A stretch of 63,841 bases of DNA, filler included, from Choristocarpus tenellus KU-1152 (lineage: Eukaryota; Protista; Phaeophyceae), in the NCBI GenBank assembly GCA_964200185.2. It is 7 parts of 7 records of this genome, joined end to end, with 100 filler letters (N's around TTAATTAATTAA, not from the genome) between each part and the next. Parts side by side here need not be neighbours in the genome. Positions count along the whole stretch, not along the records: positions 9,774 to 16,168 come from CAXNAD020008227.1; positions 16,269 to 24,100 come from CAXNAD020005513.1; positions 24,201 to 31,081 come from CAXNAD020007151.1; 4 more parts are not named here. One strand, written 5' to 3'. Positions 12,516 through 25,470 of this stretch are shown here, piece after piece. Position 1 is the first letter of the stretch. The number at the start of each line of letters is the position of its first letter. The notes beneath the pieces were generated by a model, which saw only the letters and a list, made by a program, of their open reading frames with translations, was not told where the DNA came from and made no database searches. Made by a program: the position numbers and the translations under genes.

Positions 12516-13295
12516 AGTACAGCTGTAGTATAGTAGCTTACACTAATGGATATTTTTACTAGATGAAAAGCGGGGAATTGAGAAGCAGCAGTAGTAGTAG
12601 CAGAGTAGAGTATAGGCTTCTCAAATAACTGCGTTAAGCCGTGCGCGTTACTGCTGCTGTGGAATGTTGGAAGGATGTGCCGCACAAAGGCCTCTTGTCA
12701 TTATTCAAGAGAAGTTTACAGCAGTCGGCCCATCTAAATAAACACCTATCGCGACCTCGCAGGCCCATTTCGGCACGAGTTGCGATGAAACCACCAGCAA
12801 TAGCTCGAGCTAATTTTAGGCCGTCCGTACAGCTGTAGTATAGTAGCTTGCACTAATGGATATTTTTTCTAGATGGAAGTTGGGGATTGAGAATCAGTAG
12901 GATGGTGTGCCAGCTTCTCGAATAACTGCGTTAAGGACCCAAAGTATCTGGGGGGGGGGGGGTCTACACCAGGATGTCCATTTGGTCCAAAATCGGGAAA
13001 GTGCATTTACCTTATCCATCCAACGTATGCAACCAAATCACCCAATAATCGCAACATTAATAAATTGACCCCAAATGGACAGCCGCCACCCCCTCCCAGA
13101 TACTTTGACCCAAGATGTGTGCGTTGTTGTATGTTCTTCCTGTGGAATGTTGGAAGGATGTGCCGCACAAAGGCCTCCTGTCATTTTTCAAGAGAAATTT
13201 ACAGCAGTCAGCCCATCTAAATACACACCTATCGCGACCTCGCTTGCCCATTTCGGCACGGGTCGCGATGAAACCACCAGCAATAGCTCGAACTA
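12516..13295. repeat. ~300-bp tandem duplication; second unit carries a MITE
   Basis: gtacagctgtagtatagtagctt...gcgatgaaaccaccagcaatagctcga at ~12516-12808 and ~12826-13291. Confidence 0.9.
12936..13111 (-). mobile_element. MITE family A, full copy, 176 bp, TSD AAG
   Basis: gacccaaagtatct..agatactttgaccc flanked by aag at 12933-12935 and 13112-13114. Absent from the paralogous unit (~12633). Confidence 0.92.
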
Positions 13296-14659
13296 TTTAA
13301 AATCGCTATCTGTACACAGGTTAGGGACGAGGCACAGAAGCAACAACAGCTTCAGCAACCTTACATGTAAGTAGTCAAGGCTGCAATCTCGTCGCAGAAA
13401 AGCATGTGCCCTCTCGTCGTCACAGCAGTAATTGCAGCAGCAGGGTCACAGAGCACAGCCATCGACACAAGCCGAATGCGGAGTAGTGGTAGAGAGACAA
13501 ACGAGCACCCTTGAATAGACTATGCGACAGCTTCCTAACGTTGCTGCTGCTGCTGCTGCTCCATTTTGTTTTTGGCCTTGATATTGGCAACGAAGATCGA
13601 GCACCACAGGGATAGCGTGCGATCCGTGTGACAACAATACGTTGTGGTCTTTGGGATCCGTCTCAAGCACGTACTCACAGGGGTAAATTATACACCTGGA
13701 GTCATGTGCCACCGCGAGTAGCCGCAGTATATAGTAGCAGCCGCATAAGCGGTACGACACCTCCTACATACGCACACTGCCGATCACTCCATCTATTTTG
13801 CTGCCACAGGCACTGCTGTTATAGCCGTGACTCCTGTACTGCTGTACAGCGCTGATAATACTTGTAGGTAACCTCATGTACGTGCACATGGAACTGGTGC
13901 TGTCGTTGTTCATCACAGGTTGCAGAAACGGTGCTGAACGTGCTTGAAGGCGTCACCACGACTGCGCCAGGGATGAACTTAAAACGGAAGTTTGCAGAAA
14001 AAAATCCTTACAACTCCAAAATCAGGATAGCGAAAGACAAGCCTCCCTCCCCACCCCAAAAGTTCAGAACCATTGAGGATATTACTGGAGGCACGTGCTT
14101 TCCGCGCCGTGCTAAGCAGACAGATGATGACGCAAAGACTTGCTGTAAGAGTGGGTGTAACCTCATGTATACCACGGCTCAGTTAACGAAGTTGCGGGGG
14201 GAAGTTCCGACCAGGGGGCTCGGAAAGCTGGAGTCGCGCAAGTTGTGGGTGTGTAACTGTTTGACGGAGGCGAAGCAGTTGAGACTCCATGGTTCCTCTG
14301 GGAACGGGATAGTTTGCACCGCTTTCGTCAGCGTCGTGACCGGGATTTCCAGGTCCCTCATCGCAAGCAGAAGCAAACTCGGAGGCACCGGCATGTGAGA
14401 TCTATTGCCGTGCTGGCGTTCACATCTACTGCTTTACCCTTATGTGAGCTTCTACCGTATGATATACCGGCCAGCTGATGGTTGCCCTGTAGTAAATAAC
14501 TTGGTTGCGACGGAGGATATTTCTGGGTCTATTTTTTTCTTCCCCGTATCTCTCGTTAAGATACTGTAGTAGTGTATGCAATCGACTCCCACCAGTACGG
14601 AATACACAGGAAATTTGTAGACGATAAAGATCAAGGGGCGTTTCAACGATAGTTCATCA

Positions 14660-14919
14660 GAGTGAAAGGATCTTAGAGGGTACGTGTTTTATCCTGTTAG
14701 TCCATTTGGGGTTTGGCTTTCCATGGGTTCTTTTATGACATTATTCTACTCTAAAATATTTCGGAGTAGGTAAGAGTATGTATGTTATGAAAACTTTTGT
14801 CCACAACATGGATATTGACACTTCCTAACAATCACGATAGCCAAGATTACATCAAAATTGTAACATTGGATTTTGGTCCCCAAATGGACGCAGCTCTACC
14901 CTCTAAGATACTTTGGCTC
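14660..14919 (-). mobile_element. MITE family B, full copy, 260 bp, TSD TCA
   Basis: gagtgaaaggatcttagagggta..taccctctaagatactttggctc. tca at 14657-14659 and 14920-14922. Confidence 0.92.
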
Positions 14920-16429
14920 TCAATAATAAACTCTTGCCTGCGTGTGCACACCAGGAGCAAACGAAGTACACCTAACGCGAAGGCTGACAGCATCGCTGCA
15001 TTCCTGAGATAGCTGTTGAGCTGGTGGGAGATGCAGCCGGATTCGTGTGAGATACACGTTGCACTGCCCACCAAGCAGGTGAGTCTGACATGCGTCTATA
15101 TTGTTGACAGTTGACACTAAAATAACAAACCTCATTGATTCTTGTCCGCATGACAGGAGGTATGTGATGCTGTGCAACTTCGCATATCAAGTAGCCCGAT
15201 TTGGTTTTCAGGATTCCATGTTTTTGTGGTATCGGATAACACAGCAATGATGGTGGTAGAAGACGAGTATCTCAAGGCACAACAGCAGAATCTGGTGGCA
15301 GCTGAGAAGCAACGGACTAAATATGCTGTACATAGTGAGTGCGTATAGGCGGGGACTGTCAAAAAGTAGGTCACCTGTTGAGTCTTTTTTCTACATGTCG
15401 CATGATAGATCCTCGAGGCCTGTCTTATTGTCATGAGTGTTATGCGTTGTAACACAAGCAAGCGCGAACGAACGCGCCTCTGGTGTCCACTCCACTTCAT
15501 CAAAATACCTGAAACGGGAGTCAGTTAGTAATGATATATCATATCAAAAATAATACTGAGGTAAAATTATTTCGGTTTTAGCTCCGAGGCACACCAAGAT
15601 TCAGCAGCAACGCTCTTCAGTGTACAGTATTTATCACCCCATTTTCCCTTTTTTGTAGGCTACAAACTGTCTACGACAAGCTCCGTACAGGTATGACAGC
15701 ACCATCTTCGAATGCTTCGTCCCGTACTCTTCATACCATAGCTCAGTTGTTTCTTATTCCACCCTCCCGCGTTTCCTTCCTGCATAATGCTCCACTATGT
15801 CTTGTTTGCAAAACAACATGTGTGGGATATGTACATTGAGAGTCCCACATGCATTCACCTGGGCCACCAAGACTGTTCGTACACGTACTTCGTTCGAATA
15901 TGGAGCTTATGATATCCTCACGTGAAGCTTAAATCGTCGATTCGGTTCGCGAAATGTGACACTTCGCACACTAGCGAATGCAGCGCTTGACCGCCTGTGT
16001 ATACACGGCGGTCCCGAGTGGAGGACTTCGAAAGAGGGCTTACCTTGGGGATGTACGATCTATCTGGAGACGACGAGGACCCTGGTGGCAGAAGCCCGCC
16101 GCATGGTGGCGGCGGGGGGGGTGGGGGAGGGCCAGGTAGTGAAGAAGGGGATGGAGGAGGGGCAGGGGNNNNNNNNNNNNNNNNNNNNNNNNNNNNNNNN
16201 NNNNNNNNNNNNTTAATTAATTAANNNNNNNNNNNNNNNNNNNNNNNNNNNNNNNNNNNNNNNNNNNNCCGCCCACCCACCCTGTCGCTTGCTCACAACC
16301 GACTTGGATCTCAGGGTGGGAGGAGAGGTCAAGTTTCGGTGCGGTAGATGTCTTCTAGCTCAAAGGCACGGTATGAGTGGGACGATGAAGGGGTGTTTTT
16401 GGATGATTATGGAGTGGTGTTGAATGGGG

Positions 16430-16660
16430 TTGAAGTGTGTGGTAGTGACCGGAAATCAGCGGCGAAAGGGGTCGCACTGGTTGGTCATCAGATAGGGGGG
16501 GTGAGTGGAAATCAGTGGCGAAGGGGTTGCACTGGCTAGTCATCAGATGTGGTGGGAGTTAACAGGAAATCAGTGGCGAAGGGGGTTCGCCCTGGTTGGT
16601 CATCAGATGTGGGGTGTGACTGGAAATCAGTGGTGAAGAGTTCGCACTGGTTGGTCACAA
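16430..16660. repeat. Diverged ~57-bp tandem repeat, 4 units
   Basis: ggaaatcag(c/t)gg(c/t)gaa..gcactgg(t/c)tggtca(tcagat) near 16452, 16507, 16565 and 16622. Confidence 0.8.
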
Positions 16661-16958
16661 GGGTAAATAGAATGTGGGGAGGAAAAAGAATAGAGAGGAA
16701 TGGAAACATTGGAATAAATAATAATAATCCAGAATGCGTGAGTAAAACAAAGTGGTGTACTTCAACTCTAAATCACCACATCCAAAAATAGTTCCAATAA
16801 TAATAATATTGAACAGCCCTTTTTATTTGGCAAAGAGGCATTTTGTTGGTCAACAATTTTGAAAATATATTCCACGTTATATATAGTCTGTATGCTTCAA
16901 GAACACGATAGGAAGCAGAAGTTGAGGTAAATCGTACAATCAATAATGCATTATATTT

Positions 16959-17216
16959 TTATTATTATGCCCTCTGACATTTTGCAGATGTGTCAGGGNN
17001 NNNNNNNNGGAAACCAATGAAAACTATATATATGTCGTGTTAGCCCTAAAGAAATAAAATATCCTAAACATAAGAACACTATAAAACATTGTGTGGAAAC
17101 CACTAATCAGTTACTTTACCTCTATCAAATATTGTACTACTGTCTTCCTTATCTTCTCATCAACCTACTCCTGTGCCCCTGGGGGGGGAGCTAAGGAAGC
17201 ATCCCAAGAATCCAAC
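16959..17216 (+). repeat. Dispersed repeat shared with 26906-27119
   Basis: Both loci have ttattattatgccctctgacatttt, agccctaaagaaataaaatatc, ttgtactactg and gagcta..gcatcc.aagaatccaa. Confidence 0.8.
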
Positions 17217-19738
17217 AGACCATGCATTATATCCCCCAGCCCAAAATGGCTTCATTCGATCGTATCTTGATCATATCTGATATGAAATGAATCGCCACGT
17301 CAAGTGTCCATCCTAACATGTATCTTTAAAACAAAAAAAAAATTCCTTCCATTTAACCTACACCTCCACACATTTGCTCGTTCACTTAAACATGCCTGAT
17401 AATAATTAAAAAGTGGACAATAGATGTATGCATCACCAATGGTGGTGCATACTCTTGGTCAACTACACACAGTTTTGCCTACCGCATCCTTTTCGACACT
17501 TCCAATATGCGCACACTATTATGCCAATCTACTCCGTACACAATAGTATGACTTACCGATGGTGCTACGACCTTGTGCTCAGTATTCTTTGCTATCAATG
17601 CCTCCAACACCATCTACCTACCCGTTGAATACCCATGGCAGTATCATAATGGTAGTGTGATACTATTTTTGTAATGTGATTAAGAAGGGCCTCCAACCTC
17701 GGGAGGTTTTCACCAGGATCGCTGCTACTATCATGCTACTACCTCAGAAGACTTTTTCCTCACCACTTAAACAGCGTACATAACCATGGACCACTTACCC
17801 TACCCCTGTCGCTGAAGACATGTATCTGTTGCCATTAGTAGTGACCATCACATGTGTGTAAGTTCAGTAATAGTTTAGAGTCACCTACCTGCAACTTGCT
17901 TCATTTGTAGCAGCAACCGATCATTTCTTGTTTGTATTGACAGTTCATTCTTTCAAAAACAAAAATAAATGTAACAACGGCACATTAACCTCTAGTACCA
18001 AATACGAGTAATACGGAAAATAGAGGACATGTGCAAGGTTAGAGACATTTTCACCTACCCCCACTCCTTTGATCAAGGCACTTCCGCATATCCCCTTTAA
18101 CTCATCCGCCCCTGCCAGAACCCACAGTCGAGACTTGCACAACTACGTTGAAATAATCATAGGAGTTGCCCACAAACTTTACTATTGTCATTACTGCCAT
18201 ACCCATGGCTAGTTCTGAAGCACCCACATACCAACCAAAACAACTTCACCACCAACCCCTGTTACATCGCATTGTTGCACAGAAGAGAGACTGCAAGGAC
18301 TTGAACGCCCAACCAATCACATAGGAGCACCACAGGTGTGCTGTCCACTCAGAGAATCAACAAATTAATCTCATCGTTTGTCGAAAAGTTCCAACTCTTT
18401 GGGATACATCCAAACACATCACTACACCAGGCAGGGACTGCATGAAGTGCGTCCAGCTCTCATGTAACTACCATTCCCACCCAAACGTGTAGCCCCTTCT
18501 GTCCTGCTGGTGCTCTGCTCTAAAACGATAACCCGGCCTACCGCAACTACAGCCACTGCAACTGCACCACTTTGACTGTATCATCGCTACCTCTTGCGGG
18601 TGTAAGTTCCTGTCTATCCATACGAAAGCTCTACTATCTTTGTGTGCGTAGCATAAAGCCTGTACGTGGGCAGGAGGGCAAGGCCCAATCCCAACAAACA
18701 AAAAACAACCTCAAGGAGATGATTGCATCTCGCCGCTGGCATCCTCAACAGTATGGTCCCTCACTATCCCCCAGTCTTGGGCAGACCCTATCACTAACGT
18801 CACATTTGCCCTAACCATTTCCCCTCATATCGAAACTCCTAATCTCCAAAATACACCTCACTCTACCTCCCCCTCACCACATCTCTGCACTACCCCATGC
18901 ATGTACTTCCCGCCTACTTAGCTGTGCTTTGTCCACAAAAAAAAGGCTACAAAAAGGTATTGCTTCCACCAACCCTCAGTCCCACACCTTTTGCATGTAC
19001 TGTTGCACATCACTCCCATTCCCGCTATACCTGCCTTAGCCACAGACTTAAGAGTGAGAGGTTGGCCAGAGGAAAAGTAATGAGGAAGGTGGGGAATAAT
19101 GTTCACCCCAAAAGATGTGTAACATAACCACAGACTTCCACCACCATCCGGGCCCCACCCTCTCTTCCTTCAACAGTGTGTTTAAACTGTGGTTATGGCC
19201 TCGGGCAGCGACTCATGAGCGGTGGACAAGATCTATAATTTCTGTGGCATATGATGCTCATATGCCTAACAAATAGCAACAACAGCATTATAATGGAGGG
19301 GGGGGTTAGGGCGGGAAGAGGGGGGCACCAATAGGGATTACATAGATTTAGAGAACTGCATAAATGTGTCTACCCCACTATAACCAATTTCAATGACTGG
19401 GAGACAGGTGACAGAGGAGATCACACCTTTCAAACATACATTTTTTTGTTTGCTTGCTTAGCATACACCTTCCTCTGACAGATACAGAACCATTTTCCTT
19501 GCTCACCAGCAAAAAAAGAGAGGAAACGTGACATCATGACAAAATAAGAACTCCACAAATGTAACCTCCCATTGCATTTCGTCGGTTTCCTTTGCTTACT
19601 GGCACAAACATCACGTTGACTACGCATTTTACAACGGGTGAACTGTTTGTAAGATTGATTAATTATACATAATTTTAATTGGTTCATTTTTTTTCTCAAA
19701 TTAATACGGCAGCGTACTCTATGACACACAGCACACAC

Positions 19739-22700
19739 CTTAAAGGTGAGAGCAGCATTGTGACCACCAAAGCCCAGGTTGTCGCTGATGGCAACCTTTG
19801 GCTTCTCTGCAGGTACAACCTGCAACAAATGTACAAGATATATACAGAGAGCGAATTGGTTTGGGACGGGACGGGGGGGGATAATAAGGGAAGGAATCAG
19901 TAATGATGAAATGCAACAACTTGTTCATACTCACAACCCAACAAACTCAGCACATTCAATTAGGTGAACTCTATGGACGAAAGACCTCGGTTCACTAAAA
20001 GGTGAACCTACCATCCTTCACTTCATAGAGAAGATGGAAGTGAGATGTAAGGTCCTGTGAACAGGCTCAGATGAGGAGACATTCTGGAAAGGCTACGTAG
20101 CTCTGGGCAACATGATTTCAACTGCAGGGCAAAACACTTCCCACATGCTACAGCAAAAATATATCACCTTCTTTCCGGGGCAGTAGTTGAGGTCGCAGCC
20201 GTCTTCAAGCGCGGGGTTTTCTAGGTTCATTGTAGGCGGTATTTCTCCATGCCGCAGCACCTGAGCGCACACAACAGCCTCCAACCCCCCTGCCGCTCCC
20301 AACGTGTGCCCCATCATTGACTTGGTTGAGCTGATGTAGACCTATACTCCATGCAGTCCCACCGACAGCACACATTGAAACAACTCTGTGTGAAAAAGCT
20401 GTAATGATTTCATTCTTGTGTTTGTGTGTGAGTGTGCGTGTGCGTGTTTTTGTTTCTGAGGGCTTAGCTGAAGAAGGCGAAGGGTGGGGGAGGGGGGTGG
20501 CGGACTTTTCCAACTTACACTTTCATGACAACATTGCATCACACAAAATACTCGAAATAAAACAAATAAAATAATGGAAAGTACGCTCAATAAACAAAAG
20601 GACATCAAGTGAGCACTATCACACCCCAGACGAGGCAACAAACACATCCATACTCTACAAACACACTGCACCTGCTTAGCCACATCCTCGCCTAGCACCC
20701 TCTTGATGGCCATGGTCTCGAACTTGTCATTGTATGGGGTGGATGTACCATGAGCATTGATGTAGCCACCTGCCAGGTCCTGATAAAATCAAAAAGCGAT
20801 ATTACCATTGAGGGAAGAGATAGTATCAACCCATAGATATTCAAAAGGGATTGACAAGGAATATGGGGGCATGCATGAGAGTGTGGGAAGGGGGGGGGGG
20901 ATGTGTAGGGTAGATGAGGTATTTTACGTACACTGATGGATCAATGTGTATATGCAGAGGCGTCCTTCAATGTGCATTAAATAGAAGGGAAGCTTCATTA
21001 CCTGTAACTGACACCAGAACAAAACCCTAACACATACATGCCCCAGGTGAAGATGACTGCCATTCATACATACACGTACCCATTTTTCAATTTCTGCACA
21101 GATCCACCGATAATACCATCCTGAAGGGAAAGAAAAAACCCCTCACAGTGTAACGTATTAAAATCACCGCTGCCTGCTTATCCACCTATACCTACTCTTT
21201 TCTTTTTTGTAGTATCATCGACACAACAAAAGTCGTGTGCCTCGAACATGTGTGCAAAAAAACGAAAACGGCGCTAAACTTGCCCACCCACAGAAAAAAA
21301 AACTCAATTTTTGTCTTGCTTACATACGTGTGTGTGACGAGGGGAGCATTGCCATTTCGGCCAAGAGAGTTCTGAATTTCCCTGACTAGACTGTCAATAC
21401 CATTGCATAGTTAGCTTCGTTTTATGCCAATAAAAAAAATCACGATTGAAGTGAGTCCTCTTTGGCAGATGGCAGCAGAGTCTTGGCCATCACGTCCCCC
21501 CCCAACATCAACACAGCACATACTGCAACTGTGAACAAAAAAGTACGAATGGTATGATCCCACCCAAGTCCACCCCACTCACTATCTAAATAAAAACACT
21601 TGTCTGCACTTCCAACATTCATACATACTTACACGGAGACTCCATGTGTACATGTTGCCAACAGTGCATAGGCTCACAAATACAGTTACATAGTACACAC
21701 CAAAGCTCTTCATGGCACAACAATTTGCTGCTGACGAAGACGGACCCATCTTCCCCTTGCAATTTGCCTGCATGCCCAATCTCCTCAACGAATGCCAAAT
21801 ACGAATGACTTTACCGGAATGAACCTCCAGTTTATTGTTTCCATATAACACGGGCAGAAAGAACATGTGACTGCCTGTCCTTTCCAGTGAACCCTCCAAC
21901 ACACAGTATTCCAACAAGGGCACAAGGAACCGGCCCACCTCTGGTGAAATTCCCCCCATGTCCATAGCAGACTTGATCGCCCTAGCCAACCCATTCCCAT
22001 CTGGTGCAGGGGCAGTGATGTGGTGTGCGTCACAGGTTGCCCCGTACCCAGCCACCTTTCAAAGTAAGGATAAATCGATGCCACATGTGTTACATTTACT
22101 TCATTTTGATTGGCTGACAAGCGGGGCATAAGCGGCCAGGATATTGAAGAAAAAAAAAGTTCATGGGAAACAAAGGCAGGGAAGGGGGGGGGGCTTCCAT
22201 TGAGAGACTGGACTAGGGAGAACAAGCAGGACCATAGTTTCGCACTCTGATTGGTGCTCTCAACCTAACGGAAACACTAGAAATTCTAGTGCAGGGAGGG
22301 TACAAAAGATGAAAACAAGATACGTAACAGAAGTAAGACTACACAAAAAAAGTGGGCATAAGTTTTCCCTGAATACCTTACTTACCCTTACATCCTCTCC
22401 CAACAGAACACAATAAATGGTCCAACCACCAGAAAAGGCGTTCGTTTTCCTCCCCTCATCATAACAATACCCACAAGAAAAAAAAATCGGGCACCTTCTT
22501 TCGCCCCAACATAACAACCACCCCAACAAGAACTTCTCTGAACAAAAAAACTGCAAAAGAATGGTCCTTAAGAGTAGTAATCATCATATGCTGTGCCCTC
22601 CAACGCAATTGTCCTGGAATATACATACACAGAAGAGGACCAACTAAAGCAGGGCAAAGATCTACCCTTCAGATGCTGCCACAACATCCTGCCATCTATA

Positions 22701-24060
22701 TAAAACCTAATATATATATATATTATAACCACAGAACACACATAAGTGCAATCCACAACAACATTCACTCCAATTAAAAAAAAGAATGGAAATTCACAGT
22801 AACAACACGAAAAAAAAGAAGAGATGACAAGTTTTCTACACCAACACACCACCACCCTCTCTCTCTCTCTCTCTCTCTCCAACCACCTCAATCACAGCAA
22901 CAACAGTTACGAACAACCAAAACACCTCGAACCTCGCAATAGATGGTGGCTCCCCTTGCCAGGGCGTGCTCCTCAGTCTCTAGGATCAACACGCCAGCTC
23001 CCTCCCCCATGACAAAGCCGGCCCTTGCCTCATCAAATGGACGCGATGCCCTGTTGGGTTCATCGTTAAAGGTAGTAACCATCGCACGCATTGAACAGAA
23101 CCCAGCAAAGCACAATGGGGTCATAGCTGCCTCGGACCCCCCCGCAATCATAACATCAGCCTTTAAAAAAAAAGAGTAGATTTCCCGGTGGTGCCATTGA
23201 CATTGACGTGGGGGAGGGGGGAGTGAAGGGGGGTGTATGTAGGTGTGACTCAAGTAGGTACATGATATACTGTGCAGGTGTTGATTGATCTTACTGCTAG
23301 CACTTGAAAAAAAAAAGGGGAGTACATGGCATGCGTTTTAAAAAGCTTGCCTCCATTATCTCTTATCTTTAATTACCAAGCCAAGGGCCAGGACAGGTGA
23401 GGGGGTGGGACATTAACTCTTTTATTAACTCTTTTCTCGGAAGTGGTTTGTTTACCGGATGGCTAAGACTGTTGAGGAGCAAAACCTCAAATATCACATT
23501 GCGTTGCTCATTCCGTACTACACAATCACGTCATAGTAATCCCAGATGCTGCATGACTTCCACTCACTCACCACGATGCTGGGAATCTAGGCAGTCAACC
23601 TTGGACACATTTTATCGAGTTCAAACTGAATCACCTGGTAAGGGAAATATGCTCTACCATTGTAGCTCCAGTGATGGGGCAAAAAAAGGCCTTCCCGAAA
23701 TCATTCAACCCCCTCATTCCAAGCAAGGGTTCCCTTTCAAATTCAACTGCACAATCAGCACATTCTCTCCAAAGGTTTCGAAATCTTTTAGATGAAAGCC
23801 CCACAAAGGTCAAGGTAACGGGCAACAACAATTGCAAATGCTTGACCCATCAACGCACTTGAACAAACACCATACCACGTCCATTCCCTCCCCCGAATCA
23901 CCTCTCCTCGGAGCATGAAGTCCATGGCGGTTCCAATTGCATGCGTGCCAGTAGCACAAGCAGAAACAACCCCAAAGTTTGGGCCCCTAGCCCCGTGCTC
24001 GATTGCAACCACACCAGAGGCAGTGTTCGAGATTAGTGCAGGGATCAGGAAGGGAGACAC
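19739..24060 (-). CDS. fabF: Beta-ketoacyl-ACP synthase (FabF/KAS type), partial; exons 24060-23902, 23160-22933, 22055-21939, 20779-20672, 20341-20168, 19819-19739; 5' end lost at contig break, stop not located
   Basis: In-frame GT-AG splicing gives VSPFLIP..SACATG (catalytic Cys), [39 protein letters not shown] and GFGGHNA, i.e. the Cys-His-His triad. Confidence 0.95.
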
Positions 24061-24200
24061 CTGTTGAGGTTTCCAAAATTCCACCGTGGCGTGTTCAGTC
24101 NNNNNNNNNNNNNNNNNNNNNNNNNNNNNNNNNNNNNNNNNNNNTTAATTAATTAANNNNNNNNNNNNNNNNNNNNNNNNNNNNNNNNNNNNNNNNNNNN

Positions 24201-24223
24201 CCCCCCCCAAGATACTTTGACCC
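24201..24223. mobile_element. MITE family A terminus at contig start
   Basis: ccccccccaagatactttgaccc followed by tta. Confidence 0.65.
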
Positions 24224-24234
24224 TTAACTGACTA

Positions 24235-25470
24235 TGGAAATGATGCCGTACATCTATGTGCATTGCCCTCTACCCATCAATTGGTTTCCTGACAATTTAA
24301 CTGCACCCTAGTTGTCATTATACATTATTACACATATGATTTGCCTTCCCAGATTTGTGAACGCCAGCACCTGACTTACAAACATCACCTCCTTTGCCTT
24401 GTCACTCAGAGCTGAATATCTCACATCCGTTGTAGACAAATGTCACTACCTTCTGCATCCTAGCAGATCATGACAGTGCTACACCTCCAATGGTGAGTAG
24501 CCCTCCCGATACAGACCTCCACTGGTCCAGATCAGATGCATAGTCTATCTCAGCAAACGCCTACAGTCGTTCTTCCTTCTTTCCATCGTACGTGATTTCA
24601 ATCCCCCTCGTATTGCTCATGTAGCCCAAAATCGTTTTAACAGCATTCCAATTACCCTAACCTGCGTTACCATTAAATCTCGCCACAGCCATTGTCACAT
24701 TAGCGATATCTGGCCTTGTCTGTTACTGGCGAATAGTGCGAGCATTTCTTCTCGTGTTCTAACAGAGTGCGAGCATTTCTTCACATGTTTTAGCAAACAT
24801 GAACATTTGTGACAGACGAATAGTGCGAGGATTGTTTCTCGCGCTGTAACAAGTGCGAACAATATACGATATTAGTAACACATAGGTAGCCTTACATACA
24901 GAAAGCTAATTTCGTAGAAGATACAGAGTAAGATTCGTAATGCATACGTAACATTACAGCAGAAAATATCAAAGACCCTAAGAAGTTGCAGAATAAGGGT
25001 TTGTGATTGGAGTACCTATAGAACAGTTGATAGAAGATCAAAGAAATTGGGTGGATGATGAAAATAATAAGAGGGCTTTTGGTCAACCCATCACCCCACT
25101 TATGCACCAGTCTTTATCTTTATCTTGAATGAAACTTTGAGTCGAGCTTTGAGCTAAGCACTGAGTGGAATATCAAGAGAGAAGGGCACCTGACACCCTA
25201 CAAACTGTTATAAAGCGCAACGCCCCCATAACGTCGGTTTAAGGTCATTGGATTTGAGTTGTACATCCTGTGAAGGTGAGTTCTGAGGGGCGCCTGTAAC
25301 ATGTCGTGGTCACTGACCAGAGTAGTGATCCCACTGCTTCCCTGTATGGGATGCATGGGACCATCTCTACACCTGAATCCTTTTCCGATAGATGTCTGGT
25401 TGTAGATCCCAGCATATTGTACTCTTTTGTGACCCCGAACTGCTCCACCAGCCCTTTCACTCATACTAAC
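24235..25470 (-). mobile_element. Degenerate Copia RT/RNase H fragment split by an insertion (~24721-25310)
   Basis: PYREAVGSLLW (~25350-25320). QTRPDIA, WNAVKTILGYM, DYASDLDQWRSVSG and MQKVV..ST lie in 24722-24400. Confidence 0.85.

Larger units (their letters stand above)
11385..16050 (+). pseudogene. Spliced, decayed transposase-like gene (DUF7869/Sola-like N-terminal region by motif recall), truncated by contig end
   Basis: Exon from 13919 has CCKSGC..VCTAFVSVVTGISRS. The ~14955-15078 segment reads IAAFL..WEMQPDSCEIHVALPTKQ. 15790-15965 reads KQHVWDMY..CSYTYFVRIWSL*YPHVKLKSSIRFAKCDT. Possible 5' exons end at ~11564 and 11991. In-frame stops and a frameshift are present. Confidence 0.5.
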
